Positions 37,501-51,400 of a stretch of DNA of 64,000 bases are shown here, one piece after another. Location: the NCBI GenBank assembly GCA_964057225.1, contig OZ059894.1, positions 20,956,001-21,020,000 of the forward strand. The letters run 5' to 3'. This DNA is from Auanema rhodensis. Its lineage: Eukaryota > Animalia > Nematoda. How positions within the stretch are numbered: the stretch's first letter is position 1; each line of letters starts with the position of its first letter. The position numbers were made by a program, and so were the translations under genes. The notes below the pieces were generated by a model. It saw nothing but the letters and a program-made list of their open reading frames with translations. It did no database searches and had not been told where the DNA came from.

Positions 37501-40500
37501 GAAAAAATTAATTCTTCAGGGTGAAAATCGAGGATATAAGTGTGAACTTATATCAGTTGATATCTCGGTGCATTTTTAAGCTAGCGCAAATCTGATAACA
37601 CAGAACGACGCAGCTTAAAAATTCGCATCGAATGCACTATACTACATTGAGAAACGCTTAATACAAAAATTAGTTATGATCGTTTGAAAAATGATGCATT
37701 AGTGTATGTTGAGTTTCCATGTACACTCAACATTGCTTCCAAAAACATTTTGACAAAAATTTTTTCGAAAAATTTCAAAATAATTTAGCAAAAAGTAGAT
37801 GTTTTTAGATTCCTTTTTTCAAGGCAAAGACGATGGACAAAGTTATTCAACGAAAAAATTAATTCTTCAGGGTGAAAATCGAGGATATAAGTGTAAACTT
37901 ATATCAGTTGATATCTCGGTGCATTTTTAAGCTAGCGCAAATCTGATAACACAGAACGACGCAGCTTAAAAATTCGCATCGAATGCACTATACTACATTG
38001 AGAAACGCTTAATACAAAAATTAGTTATGATCGTTTGAAAAATGATGCATTAGTGTATGTTGAGTTTCCATGTACACTCAACATTGCTTCCAAAAACATT
38101 TTGACAAAAATTTTTTCGAAAAATTTCGAAATAATTTAGCAAAAAGTAGATGTTTTTAGATTCCATTTTTCAAGGCAAAGACGATGGACAATGTTATTCA
38201 ACGAAAAAATTAATTCTTCAGAGTGAAAATCGAGGATATAAGTGTGAACTTATATCAGTTGATATCTCGGTGCATTTTTAAGCTAGCGCAAATCTGATAA
38301 CACAGATCGACGCAGCTTAAAAATCCGCATCGAATGCACTATACTACATTGAGAAACGCTTAATACAAAAATTAGTTATGATCGTTTGAAAAATGATGCA
38401 TTAGTGTATGTTGAGTTTCCATGTACACTCAACATTGCTTCCAAAAACATTTTGACAAAAATTTTTTCGAAAAATTTCAAAATAATTTAGCAAAGAGTAG
38501 ATGTTTTTAGATTCCTTTTTTCAAGGCAAAGACGATGGACAAAGTTATTCAACGAAAAAATTAATTCTTCAGGGTGAAAATCGAGGATATAAGTGTAAAC
38601 TTATATCAGTTGATATCTCGGTGCATTTTTAAGCTAGCGCAAATCTGATAACACAGAACGACGCAGCTTAAAAATTCGCATCGAATGCACTATACTACAT
38701 TGAGAAACGCTTAATACAAAAATTAGTTATGATCGTTTGAAAAATGATGCATTAGTGTATGTTGAGTTTCCATGTACACTCAACATTGCTTCCAAAAACA
38801 TTTTGACAAAAATTTTTTCGAAAAATTTCGAAATAATTTAGCAAAAAGTAGATGTTTTTAGATTCCATTTTTCAAGGCAAAGACGATGGACAATGTTATT
38901 CAACGAAAAAATTAATTCTTCAGGGTGAAAATCGAGGATATAAGTGTGAACTTATATCAGTTGATATCTCGGTGCATTTTTAAGCTAGCGCAAATCTGAT
39001 AACACAGAACGACGCAGCTTAAAAATTCGCATCGAATGCACTATACTACATTGAGAAACGCTTAATACAAAAATTAGTTATGATCGTTTGAAAAATGATG
39101 CATTAGTGTATGTTGAGTTTCCATGTACACTCAACATTGCTTCCAAAAACATTTTGACAAAAATTTTTTCGAAAAATTTCAAAATAATTTAGCAAAAAGT
39201 AGATGTTTTTAGATTCCTTTTTTCAAGGCAAAGACGATGGACAAAGTTATTCAACGAAAAAATTAATTCTTCAGGGTGAAAATCGAGGATATAAGTGTAA
39301 ACTTATATCAGTTGATATCTCGGTGCATTTTTAAGCTAGCGCAAATCTGATAACACAGAACGACGCAGCTTAAAAATTTGCATCGAATGCACTATACTAC
39401 ATTGAGAAACGCTTAATACAAAAATTAGTTATGATCGTTTGAAAAATGATGCATTAGTGTATGTTGAGTTTCCATGTACACTCAACATTGCTTCCAAAAA
39501 CATTTTGACAAAAATTTTTTCGAAAAATTTCGAAATAATTTAGCAAAAAGTAGATGTTTTTAGATCCCATTTTTCAAGGCAAAGACGATGGACAATGTTA
39601 TTCAACGAAAAAATTAATTCTTCAGGGTGAAAATCGAGGATATAAGTGTGAACTTATATCAGTTGATATCTCGGTGCATTTTTAAGCTAGCGCAAATCTG
39701 ATAACACAGAACGACGCAGCTTAAAAATTCGCATCGAATGCACTATACTACATTGAGAAACGCTTAATACAAAAATTAGTTATGATCGTTTGAAAAATGA
39801 TGCATTAGTGTATGTTGAGTTTCCATGTACACTCAACATTGCTTCCAAAAACATTTTGACAAAAATTTTTTCGAGAAATTTCAAAATAATTTAGCAAAAA
39901 GTAAATGTTTTTAGATTCCTTTTTTCAAGGCAAAGACGATGGACAATGTTATTCAACGAAAAAATTAATTCTTCAGGGTGAAAATCGAGGATATAAGTGT
40001 GAACTTATATCAGTTGATATCTCGGTGCATTTTTAAGCTAGCGCAAATCTGATAACACAGATCGACGCAACTTAAAAATCCGCATCGAATGCACTATACT
40101 ACATTGAGAAACGCTTAATACAAAAATTAGTTATGATCGTTTGAAAAATGATGCATTAGTGTATGTTGAGTTTCCATGTACACTCAACATTGCTTCCAAA
40201 AACATTTTGACAAAAATTTTTTCGAAAAATTTCAAAATAATTTAGCAAAAAGTAGATGTTTTTAGATTCCATTTTTCAAGGCAAAGACGATGGACAATGT
40301 TATTCAACGAAAAAATTGATTCTTCAGGGTGAAAATCGAGGATATAAGTGTGAACTTATATCAGTTGATATCTCGGTGCATTTTTAAGCTAGCGCAAATC
40401 TGATAACACAGATCGACGCAGCTTAAAAATCCGCATCGAATGCACTATACTACATTGAGAAACGCTTAATACAAAAATTAGTTATGATCGTTTGAAAAAT

Positions 40501-43500
40501 GATGCATTAGTGTATGTTGAGTTTCCATGTACACTCAACATTGCTTCCAAAAACATTTTGACAAAAATTTTTTCGAAAAATTTCGAAATAATTTAGCAAA
40601 AAGTAGATGTTTTTAGATTCCTTTTTTCAAGGCAAAGACGATGGACAATGTTATTCAACGAAAAAATTAATTCTTCAGGGTGAAAATCGAGGATATAAGT
40701 GTGAACTTATATCAGTTGATATCTCGGTGCATTTTTAAGCTAGCGCAAATCTGATAACACAGAACGACGCAGCTTGAAAATCCGCATCGAATGCACTATA
40801 CTACATTGAGAAACGCTTAATACAAAAATTAGTTATGATCGTTTGAAAAATGATGCATTAGTGTATGTTGAGTTTCCATGTACACTCAACATTGCTTCCA
40901 AAAACATTTTGACAAAAATTTTTTCGAAAAATTTCAAAATAATTTAGCAAAAAGTAGATGTTTTTAGATTCCTTTTTTCAAGGCAAAGACGATGGACAAA
41001 GTTATTCAACGAAAAAATTAATTCTTCAGGGTGAAAATCGAGGATATAAGTGTAAACTTATATCAGTTGATATCTCGGTGCATTTTTAAGCTAGCGCAAA
41101 TCTGATAACACAGAACGACGCAGCTTAAAAATTCGCATCGAATGCACTATACTACATTGAGAAACGCTTAATACAAAAATTAGTTATGATCGTTTGAAAA
41201 ATGATGCATTAGTGTATGTTGAGTTTCCATGTACACTCAACATTGCTTCCAAAAACATTTTGACAAAAATTTTTTCGAGAAATTTCAAAATAATTTAGCA
41301 AAGAGTAAATGTTTTTAGATTCCTTTTTTCAAGGCAAAGACGATGGACAATGTTATTCAACGAAAAAATTAATTCTTCAGGGTGAAAATCGAGGATATAA
41401 GTGTGAACTTATATCAGTTGATATCTCGGTGCATTTTTAAGCTAGCGCAAATCTGATAACACAGATCGACGCAACTTAAAAATCCGCATCGAATGCACTA
41501 TACTACATTGAGAAACGCTTAATACAAAAATTAGTTATGATCGTTTGAAAAATGATGCATTAGTGTATGTTGAGTTTCCATGTACACTCAACATTGCTTC
41601 CAAAAACATTTTGACAAAAATTTTTTCGAAAAATTTCAAAATAATTTAGCAAAAAGTAGATGTTTTTAGATTCCATTTTTCAAGGCAAAGACGATGGACA
41701 ATGCAATTCAACGAAAAAATTGATTCTTCAGGGTGAAAATCGAGGATATAAGTGTGAACTTATATCAGTTGATATCTCGGTGCATTTTTAAGCTAGCGCA
41801 AATCTGATAACACAGATCGACGCAGCTTAAAAATCCGCATCGAATGCACTATTCTACATTAAGAAACGCTTAATACAAAAATTAGTTATGATCGTTTGAA
41901 AAATGATGCATTAGTGTATGTTGAGTTTCCATGTACACTCAACATTGCTTCCAAAAACATTTTGACAAAAATTTTTTCGAAAAATTTCGAAATAATTTAG
42001 CAAAAAGTAGATGTTTTTAGATTCCATTTTTCAAGGCAAAGACGATGGACAATGTTATTCAACGAAAAAATTAATTCTTCAGGGTGAAAATCGAGGATAT
42101 AAGTGTGAACTTATATCAGTTGATATCTCGGTGCATTTTTAAGCTAGCGCAAATCTGATAACACAGAACGACGCAGCTTAAAAATCCGCATCGAATGCAC
42201 TATACTACATTGAGAAACGCTTAATACAAAAATTAGTTATGATCGTTTGAAAAATGATGCATTAGTGTATGTTGAGTTTCCATGTACACTCAACATTGCT
42301 TCCAAAAACATTTTGACAAAAATTTTTTCGAGAAATTTCGAAATAATTTAGCAAAAAGTAGATGTTTTTAGATTCCTTTTTTCAAGGCAAAGACGATGGA
42401 CAATGTTATTCAACGAAAAAATTAATTCTTCAGGGTGAAAATCGAGGATATAAGTGTGAACTTATATCAGTTGATATCTCGGTGCATTTTTAAGCTAGCG
42501 CAAATCTGATAACACAGATCGACGCAGCTTAAAAATCCGCATCGAATGCACTATACTACCTTGAGAAACGCTTAATACAAAAATTAGTTATGATCGTTTG
42601 AAAAATGATGCATTAGTGTATGTTGAGTTTCCATGTACACTCAACATTGCTTCCAAAAACATTTTGACAAAAATTTTTTCGAAAAATTTCAAAATAATTT
42701 AGCAAAAAGTAGATGTTTTTAGATTCCTTTTTCCAAAGCAAAGACGATGGACAATGTTATTCAACGAAAAAATTAATTCTTCAGGGTGAAAATCGAGGAT
42801 ATAAGTGTGAACTTATATCAGTTGATATCTCGGTGCATTTTTAAGCTAGCGCAAATCTGATAACACAGATCGACGCAGCTTAAAAATCCGCATCGAATGC
42901 ACTATACTACATTGAGAAACGCTTAATACAAAAATTAGTTATGATCGTTTGAAAAATGATGCATTAGTGTATGTTGAGTTTCCATGTACACTCAACATTG
43001 CTTCCAAAAACATTTTGACAAAAATTTTTTCGAAAAATTTCAAAATAATTTAGCAAAAAGTAGATGTTTTTAGATTCCTTTTTTCAAGGCAAAGACGATG
43101 GACAATGTTATTCAACAAAAAAATTAATTCTTCAGGGTGAAAATCGAGGATATAAGTGTGAACTTATATCAGTTGATATCTCGGTGCATTTTTAAGCTAG
43201 CGCAAATTTGATAACACAGAACGACGCAGCTTAAAAATCCGCATCGAATGCACTATACTACATTGAGAAACGCTTAATACAAAAATTAGTTATGATCGTT
43301 TGAAAAATGATGCATTAGTGTATGTTGAGTTTCCATGTACACTCAACATTGCTTCCAAAAACATTTTGACAAAAATTTTTTCGAGAAATTTCAAAATAAT
43401 TTAGCAAAAAGTAGATGTTTTTAGATTTCTTTTTTCAAGGCAAAGACGATGGACAATGTTATTCAACGAAAAAATTAATTCTTCAGGGTGAAAATCGAGG

Positions 43501-45631
43501 ATATAAGTGTGAACTTATATCAGTTGATATCTCGGTGCATTTTTAAGCTAGCGCAAATCTGATAACACAGATCGACGCAGCTTAAAAATCCGCATCGAAT
43601 GCACTATACTACATTGAGAAACGCTTAATACAAAAATTAGTTATGATCGTTTGAAAAATGATGCATTAGTGTATGTTGAGTTTCCATGTACACTCAACAT
43701 TGCTTCCAAAAACATTTTGACAAAAATTTTTTCGAAAAATTTCAAAATAATTTAGCAAAAAGTAGATGTTTTTAGATTCCTTTTTTCAAGGCAAAGACGA
43801 TGGACAATGTTATTCAACGAAAAAATTAATTCTTCAGGGTGAAAATCGAGGATATAAGTGTGAACTTATATCAGTTGATATCTCGGTGCATTTTTAAGCT
43901 AGCGCAAATCTGATAACACAGAACGACGCAGCTTAAAAATCCGCATCGAATGCACTATACTACATTGAGAAACGCTTAATACAAAAATTAGTTATGATCG
44001 TTTGAAAAATGATGCATTAGTGTATGTTGAGTTTCCATGTACACTCAACATTGCTTCCAAAAACATTTTGACAAAAATTTTTTCGAGAAATTTCAAAATA
44101 ATTTAGCAAAAAGTAGATGTTTTTAGATTCCTTTTTTCAAGGCAAAGACGATGGACAATGTTATTCAACGAAAAAATTAATTCTTCAGGGTGAAAATCGA
44201 GGATATAAGTGTGAACTTATATCAGTTGATATCTCGGTGCATTTTTAAGCTAGCGCAAATCTGATAACACAGATCGACGCAGCTTAACAATCCGCATCGA
44301 ATGCACTATACTACATTGAAAAACGCTTAATACAAAAATTAGTTATGATCGTTTGAAAAATGATGCTTTAGTGTATGTTGAGTTTCCATGTACACTCAAC
44401 ATTGCTTCCAAAAACATTTTGACAAAAATTTTTTCGAAAAATTTCAGAATAATTTAGCAAAAAGTAGATGTTTTTAGATTCCTTTTTTCAAGGCAAAGAC
44501 GATGGACAATGTTATTCAACGAAAAAATTGATTCTTCAGGGTGAAAATCGAGGATATAAGTGTGAACTTATATCAGTTGATATCTCGGTGCATTTTTAAG
44601 CTAGCGCAAATCTGATAACACAGAACGACGCAGCTTAAAAATCCGCATCGAATGCACTATACTACATTGAGAAACGCTTAATACAAAAATTAGTTATGAT
44701 CGTTTGAAAAATGATGCATTAGTGTATGTTGAGTTTCCATGTACACTCAACATTGCTTCCAAAAACATTTTGACAAAAATTTTTTCGAGAAATTTCAAAA
44801 TAATTTAGCAAAAAGTAGATGTTTTTAGATTCCTTTTTTCAAGGCAAAGACGATGGACAATGTTATTCAACGAAAAAATTAATTCTTCAGGGTGAAAATC
44901 GAGGATATAAGTGTGAACTTATATCAGTTGATATCTCGGTGCATTTTTAAGCTAGCGCAAATCTGATAACACAGATCGACGCAGCTTAACAATCCGCATC
45001 GAATGCACTATACTACATTGAAAAACGCTTAATACAAAAATTAGTTATGATCGTTTGAAAAATGATGCTTTAGTGTATGTTGAGTTTCCATGTACACTCA
45101 ACATTGCTTCCAAAAACATTTTGACAAAAATTTTTTCGAAAAATTTCAGAATAATTTAGCAAAAAGTAGATGTTTTTAGATTCCATTTTTCAAGGCAAAG
45201 ACGATGGACAATGTTATTCAACGAAAAAATTAATTCTTCAGGGTGAAAATCGAGGATATAAGTGTGAACTTATATCAGTTGATATCTCGGTGCATTTTTA
45301 AGCTAGCGCAAATCTGATAACACAGATCGACGCAACTTAAAAATCCGCATCGAATGCACTATACTACATTGAGAAACGCTTAATACAAAAATTAGTTATG
45401 ATCGTTTGAAAAATGATGCATTAGTGTATGTTGAGTTTCCATGTACACTCAACATTGCTTCCAAAAACATTTTGACAAAAATTTTTTCGAAAAATTTCAA
45501 AATAATTTAGCAAAAAGTAGATGTTTTTAGATTCCTTTTTTCAAGGCAAAGACGATGGACAATGTTATTCAACGAAAAAATTAATTCTTCAGGGTGAAAA
45601 TCGAGGATATAAGTGTGAACTTATATCAGTT

Positions 45632-48439
45632 GATATCTCGGTGCATTTTTAAGCTAGCGCAAATCTGATAACACAGATCGACGCAACTTAAAAATCCGCA
45701 TCGAATGCACTATACTACATTGAGAAACGCTTAATACAAAAATTAGTTATGATCGTTTAAAAAATGATGCATTAGTGTATGTTGAGTTTCCATGTACACT
45801 CAACATTGCTTCCAAAAACATTTTGACAAAAATTTTTTCGAAAAATTTCAAAATAATTTAGCAAAAAGTAGATGTTTTTAGATTCCATTTTTCAAGGCAA
45901 AGACGATGGACAATGTTATTCAACGAAAAAAGTAATTCTTCAGGGTGAAAATCGAGGATATAAGTGTGAACTTATATCAGTTGATATCTCGGTGCATTTT
46001 TAAGCTAGCGCAAATCTGATAACACAAAACGACGCAGCTTAAAAATTCGCATCGAATGCACTATACTACATTGAGAAACGCTTAATACAAAAATTAGTTA
46101 TGATCGTTTGAAAAATGATGCATTAGTGTATGTTGAGTTTCCATGTACACTCAACATTGCTTCCAAAAACATTTTGACAAAAATTTTTTCGAGAAATTTC
46201 AAAATAATTTAGCAAAAAGTAGATGTTTTTAGATTCCTTTTTTCAAGGCAAAGACGATGGACAATGTTATTCAACGAAAAAATTAATTCTTCAGGGTGAA
46301 AATCGAGGATATAAGTGTGAACTTATATCAGTTGATATCTCGGTGCATTTTTAAGCTAGCGCAAATCTGATAACACAGATCGACGCAACTTAAAAATCCG
46401 CATCGAATGCACTATACTACATTGAGAAACGCTTAATACAAAAATTAGTTATGATCGTTTGAAAAATGATGCATTAGTGTATGTTGAGTTTCCATGTACA
46501 CTCAACATTGCTTCCAAAAACATTTTGACAAAAATTTTTTCGAAAAATTTCAAAATAATTTAGCAAAAAGTAGATGTTTTTAGATTCCATTTTTCAAGGC
46601 AAAGACGATGGACAATGTTATTCAACGAAAAAAGTAATTCTTCAGGGTGAAAATCGAGGATATAAGTGTGAACTTATATCAGTTGATATCTCGGTGCATT
46701 TTTAAGCTAGCGCAAATCTGATAACACAGAACGACGCAGCTTAAAAATTCGCATCGAATGCACTATACTACATTGAGAAACGCTTAATACAAAAATTAGT
46801 TATGATCGTTTGAAAAATGATGCATTAGTGTATGTTGAGTTTCCATGTACACTCAACATTGCTTCCAAAAACATTTTGACAAAAATTTTTTCGAGAAATT
46901 TCAAAATAATTTAGCAAAAAGTAGATGTTTTTAGATTCCTTTTTTCAAGGCAAAGACGATGGACAATGTTATTCAACGAAAAAATTAATTCTTCAGGGTG
47001 AAAATCGAGGATATAAGTGTGAACTTATATCAGTTGATATCTCGGTGCATTTTTAAGCTAGCGCAAATCTGATAACACAGATCGACGCAACTTAAAAATC
47101 CGCATCGAATGCACTATACTACATTGAGAAACGCTTAATACAAAAATTAGTTATGATCGTTTGAAAAATGATGCATTAGTGTATGTTGAGTTTCCATGTA
47201 CACTCAACATTGCTTCCAAAAACATTTTGACAAAAATTTTTTCGAAAAATTTCAAAATAATTTAGCAAAAAGTAGATGTTTTTAGATTCCATTTTTCAAG
47301 GCAAAGACGATGGACAATGTTATTCAACGAAAAAAGTAATTCTTCAGGGTGAAAATCGAGGATATAAGTGTGAACTTATATCAGTTGATATCTCGGTGCA
47401 TTTTTAAGCTAGCGCAAATCTGATAACACAGAACGACGCAGCTTAAAAATTCGCATCGAATGCACTATACTACATTGAGAAACGCTTAATACAAAAATTA
47501 GTTATGATCGTTTGAAAAATGATGCATTAGTGTATGTTGAGTTTCCATGTACACTCAACATTGCTTCCAAAAACATTTTGACAAAAATTTTTTCGAGAAA
47601 TTTCAAAATAATTTAGCAAAAAGTAGATGTTTTTAGATTCCTTTTTTCAAGGCAAAGACGATGGACAATGTTATTCAACGAAAAAATTAATTCTTCAGGG
47701 TGAAAATCGAGGATATAAGTGTGAACTTATATCAGTTGATATCTCGGTGCATTTTTAAGCTAGCGCAAATCTGATAACACAGATCGACGCAACTTAAAAA
47801 TCCGCATCGAATGCACTATACTACATTGAGAAACGCTTAATACAAAAATTAGTTATGATCGTTTGAAAAATGATGCATTAGTGTATGTTGAGTTTCCATG
47901 TACACTCAACATTGCTTCCAAAAACATTTTGACAAAAATTTTTTCGAAAAATTTCAAAATAATTTAGCAAAAAGTAGATGTTTTTAGATTCCATTTTTCA
48001 AGGCAAAGACGATGGACAATGTTATTCAACGAAAAAAGTAATTCTTCAGGGTGAAAATCGAGGATATAAGTGTGAACTTATATCAGTTGATATCTCGGTG
48101 CATTTTTAAGCTAGCGCAAATCTGATAACACAGAACGACGCAGCTTAAAAATTCGCATCGAATGCACTATACTACATTGAGAAACGCTTAATACAAAAAT
48201 TAGTTATGATCGTTTGAAAAATGATGCATTAGTGTATGTTGAGTTTCCATGTACACTCAACATTGCTTCCAAAAACATTTTGACAAAAATTTTTTCGAGA
48301 AATTTCAAAATAATTTAGCAAAAAGTAGATGTTTTTAGATTCCTTTTTTCAAGGCAAAGACGATGGACAATGTTATTCAACGAAAAAATTAATTCTTCAG
48401 GGTGAAAATCGAGGATATAAGTTTGAACTTATATCAGTT
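45632..48439 (+). repeat. Dimeric higher-order repeat (702 bp x4; M131-M138)
   Basis: Strict alternation of [p55A,p256A,p301G] and [p47A,p65T,p211G] monomers. Confidence 0.85.
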
Positions 48440-51400
48440 GATATCTCGGTGCATTTTTAAGCTAGCGCAAATCTGATAACACAGATCGACGCAACTTAAA
48501 AATCCGCATCGAATGCACTATACTACATTGAGAAACGCTTAATACAAAAATTAGTTATGATCGTTTGAAAAATGATGCATTAGTGTATGTTGAGTTTCCA
48601 TGTACACTCAACATTGCTTCCAAAAACATTTTGACAAAAATTTTTTCGAAAAATTTCGAAATAATTTAGCAAAAAGTAGATGTATTTAGATTCCATTTTT
48701 CAAGGCAAAGACGATGGACAATGTTATTCAACGAAAAAATTAATTCTTCAGGGTGAAAATCGAGGATATAAGTGTGAACTTATATCAGTTGATATCTCGG
48801 TGCATTTTTAAGCTAGCGCAAATCTGATAACACAGAACGACGCAGCTTAAAAATTCGCATCGAATGCACTATACTACATTGAGAAACGCTTAATACAAAA
48901 ATTAGTTATGATCGTTTGAAAAATGATGCATTAGTGTATGTTGAGTTTCCATGTACACTCAACATTGCTTCCAAAAACATTTTGACAAAAATTTTTTCGA
49001 GAAATTTCAAAATAATTTAGCAAAAAGTAGATGTTTTTAGATTCCTTTTTTCAAGGCAAAGACGATGGACAATGTTATTCAACGAAAAAATTAATTCTTC
49101 AGGGTGAAAATCGAGGATATAAGTGTGAACTTATATCAGTTGATATCTCGGTGCATTTTTAAGCTAGCGCAAATCTGATAACACAGATCGACGCAACTTA
49201 AAAATCCGCATCGAATGCACTATACTACATTGAGAAACGCTTAATACAAAAATTAGTTATGATCGTTTGAAAAATGATGCATTAGTGTATGTTGAGTTTC
49301 CATGTACACTCAACATTGCTTCCAAAAACATTTTGACAAAAATTTTTTCGAAAAATTTCAGAATAATTTAGCAAAAAGTAGATGTTTTTAGATTCCATTT
49401 TTCAAGGCAAAGACGATGGACAATGTTATTCAACGAAAAAATTGATTCTTCAGGGTGAAAATCGAGGATATAAGTGTGAACTTATATCAGTTGATATCTC
49501 GGTGCATTTTTAAGCTAGCGCAAATCTGATAACACAGAACGACGCAGCTTAAAAATTCGCATCGAATGCACTATACTACATTGAGAAACGCTTAATACAA
49601 AAATTAGTTATGATCGTTTGAAAAATGATGCATTAGTGTATGTTGAGTTTCCATGTACACTCAACATTGCTTCCAAAAACATTTTGACAAAAATTTTTTC
49701 GAGAAATTTCAAAATAATTTAGCAAAAAGTAGATGTTTTTAGATTCCTTTTTTCAAGGCAAAGACGATGGACAATGTTATTCAACGAAAAAATTAATTCT
49801 TCAGGGTGAAAATCGAGGATATAAGTGTGAACTTATATCAGTTGATATCTCGGTGCATTTTTAAGCTAGCGCAAATCTGATAACACAGATCGACGCAACT
49901 TAAAAATCCGCATCGAATGCACTATACTACATTGAGAAACGCTTAATACAAAAATTAGTTATGATCGTTTGAAAAATGATGCATTAGTGTATGTTGAGTT
50001 TCCATGTACACTCAACATTGCTTCCAAAAACATTTTGACAAAAATTTTTTCGAAAAATTTCAGAATAATTTAGCAAAAAGTAGATGTTTTTAGATTCCAT
50101 TTTTCAAGGCAAAGACGATGGACAATGTTATTCAACGAAAAAATTGATTCTTCAGGGTGAAAATCGAGGATATAAGTGTGAACTTATATCAGTTGATATC
50201 TCGGTGCATTTTTAAGCTAGCGCAAATCTGATAACACAGATCGACGCAGCTTAAAAATCCGCATCGAATGCACTATACTACATTGAGAAACGCTTAATAC
50301 AAAAATTAGTTATGATCGTTTGAAAAATGATGCATTAGTGTATGTTGAGTTTCCATGTACACTCAACATTGCTTCCAAAAACATTTTGACAAAAATTTTT
50401 TCGAAAAATTTCAAAATAATTTAGCAAAAAGTAGATGTTTTTAGATTCCTTTTTTCAAGGCAAAGACGATGGACAATGTTATTCAACGAAAAAATTAATT
50501 CTTCAGGGTGAAAATCGAGGATATAAGTGTGAACTTATATCAGTTGATATCTCGGTGCATTTTTAAGCTAGCGCAAATCTGATAACACAGATCGACGCAA
50601 CTTAAAAATCCGCATCGAATGCACTATACTACATTGAGAAACGCTTAATACAAAAATTAGTTATGATCGTTTGAAAAATGATGCATTAGTGTATGTTGAG
50701 TTTCCATGTACACTCAACATTGCTTCCAAAAACATTTTGACAAAAATTTTTTCGAAAAATTTCAAAATAATTTAGCAAAAAGTAGATGTTTTTAGATTCC
50801 ATTTTTCAAGGCAAAGACGATGGACAATGTTATTCAACGAAAAAATTAATTCTTCAGGGTGAAAATCGAGGATATAAGTGTGAACTTATATCAGTTGATA
50901 TCTCGGTGCATTTTTAAGCTAGCGCAAATCTGATAACACAGATCGACGCAACTTAAAAATCCGCATCGAATGCACTATACTACATTGAGAAACGCTTAAT
51001 ACAAAAATTAGTTATGATCGTTTGAAAAATGATGCATTAGTGTATGTTGAGTTTCCATGTACACTCAACATTGCTTCCAAAAACATTTTGACAAAAATTT
51101 TTTCGAAAAATTTCAAAATAATTTAGCAAAAAGTAGATGTTTTTAGATTCCTTTTTTCAAGGCAAAGACGATGGACAATGTTATTCAACGAAAAAATTAA
51201 TTCTTCAGGGTGAAAATCGAGGATATAAGTGTGAACTTATATCAGTTGATATCTCGGTGCATTTTTAAGCTAGCGCAAATCTGATAACACAGATCGACGC
51301 AACTTAAAAATCCGCATCGAATGCACTATACTACATTGAGAAACGCTTAATACAAAAATTAGTTATGATCGTTTGAAAAATGATGCATTAGTGTATGTTG

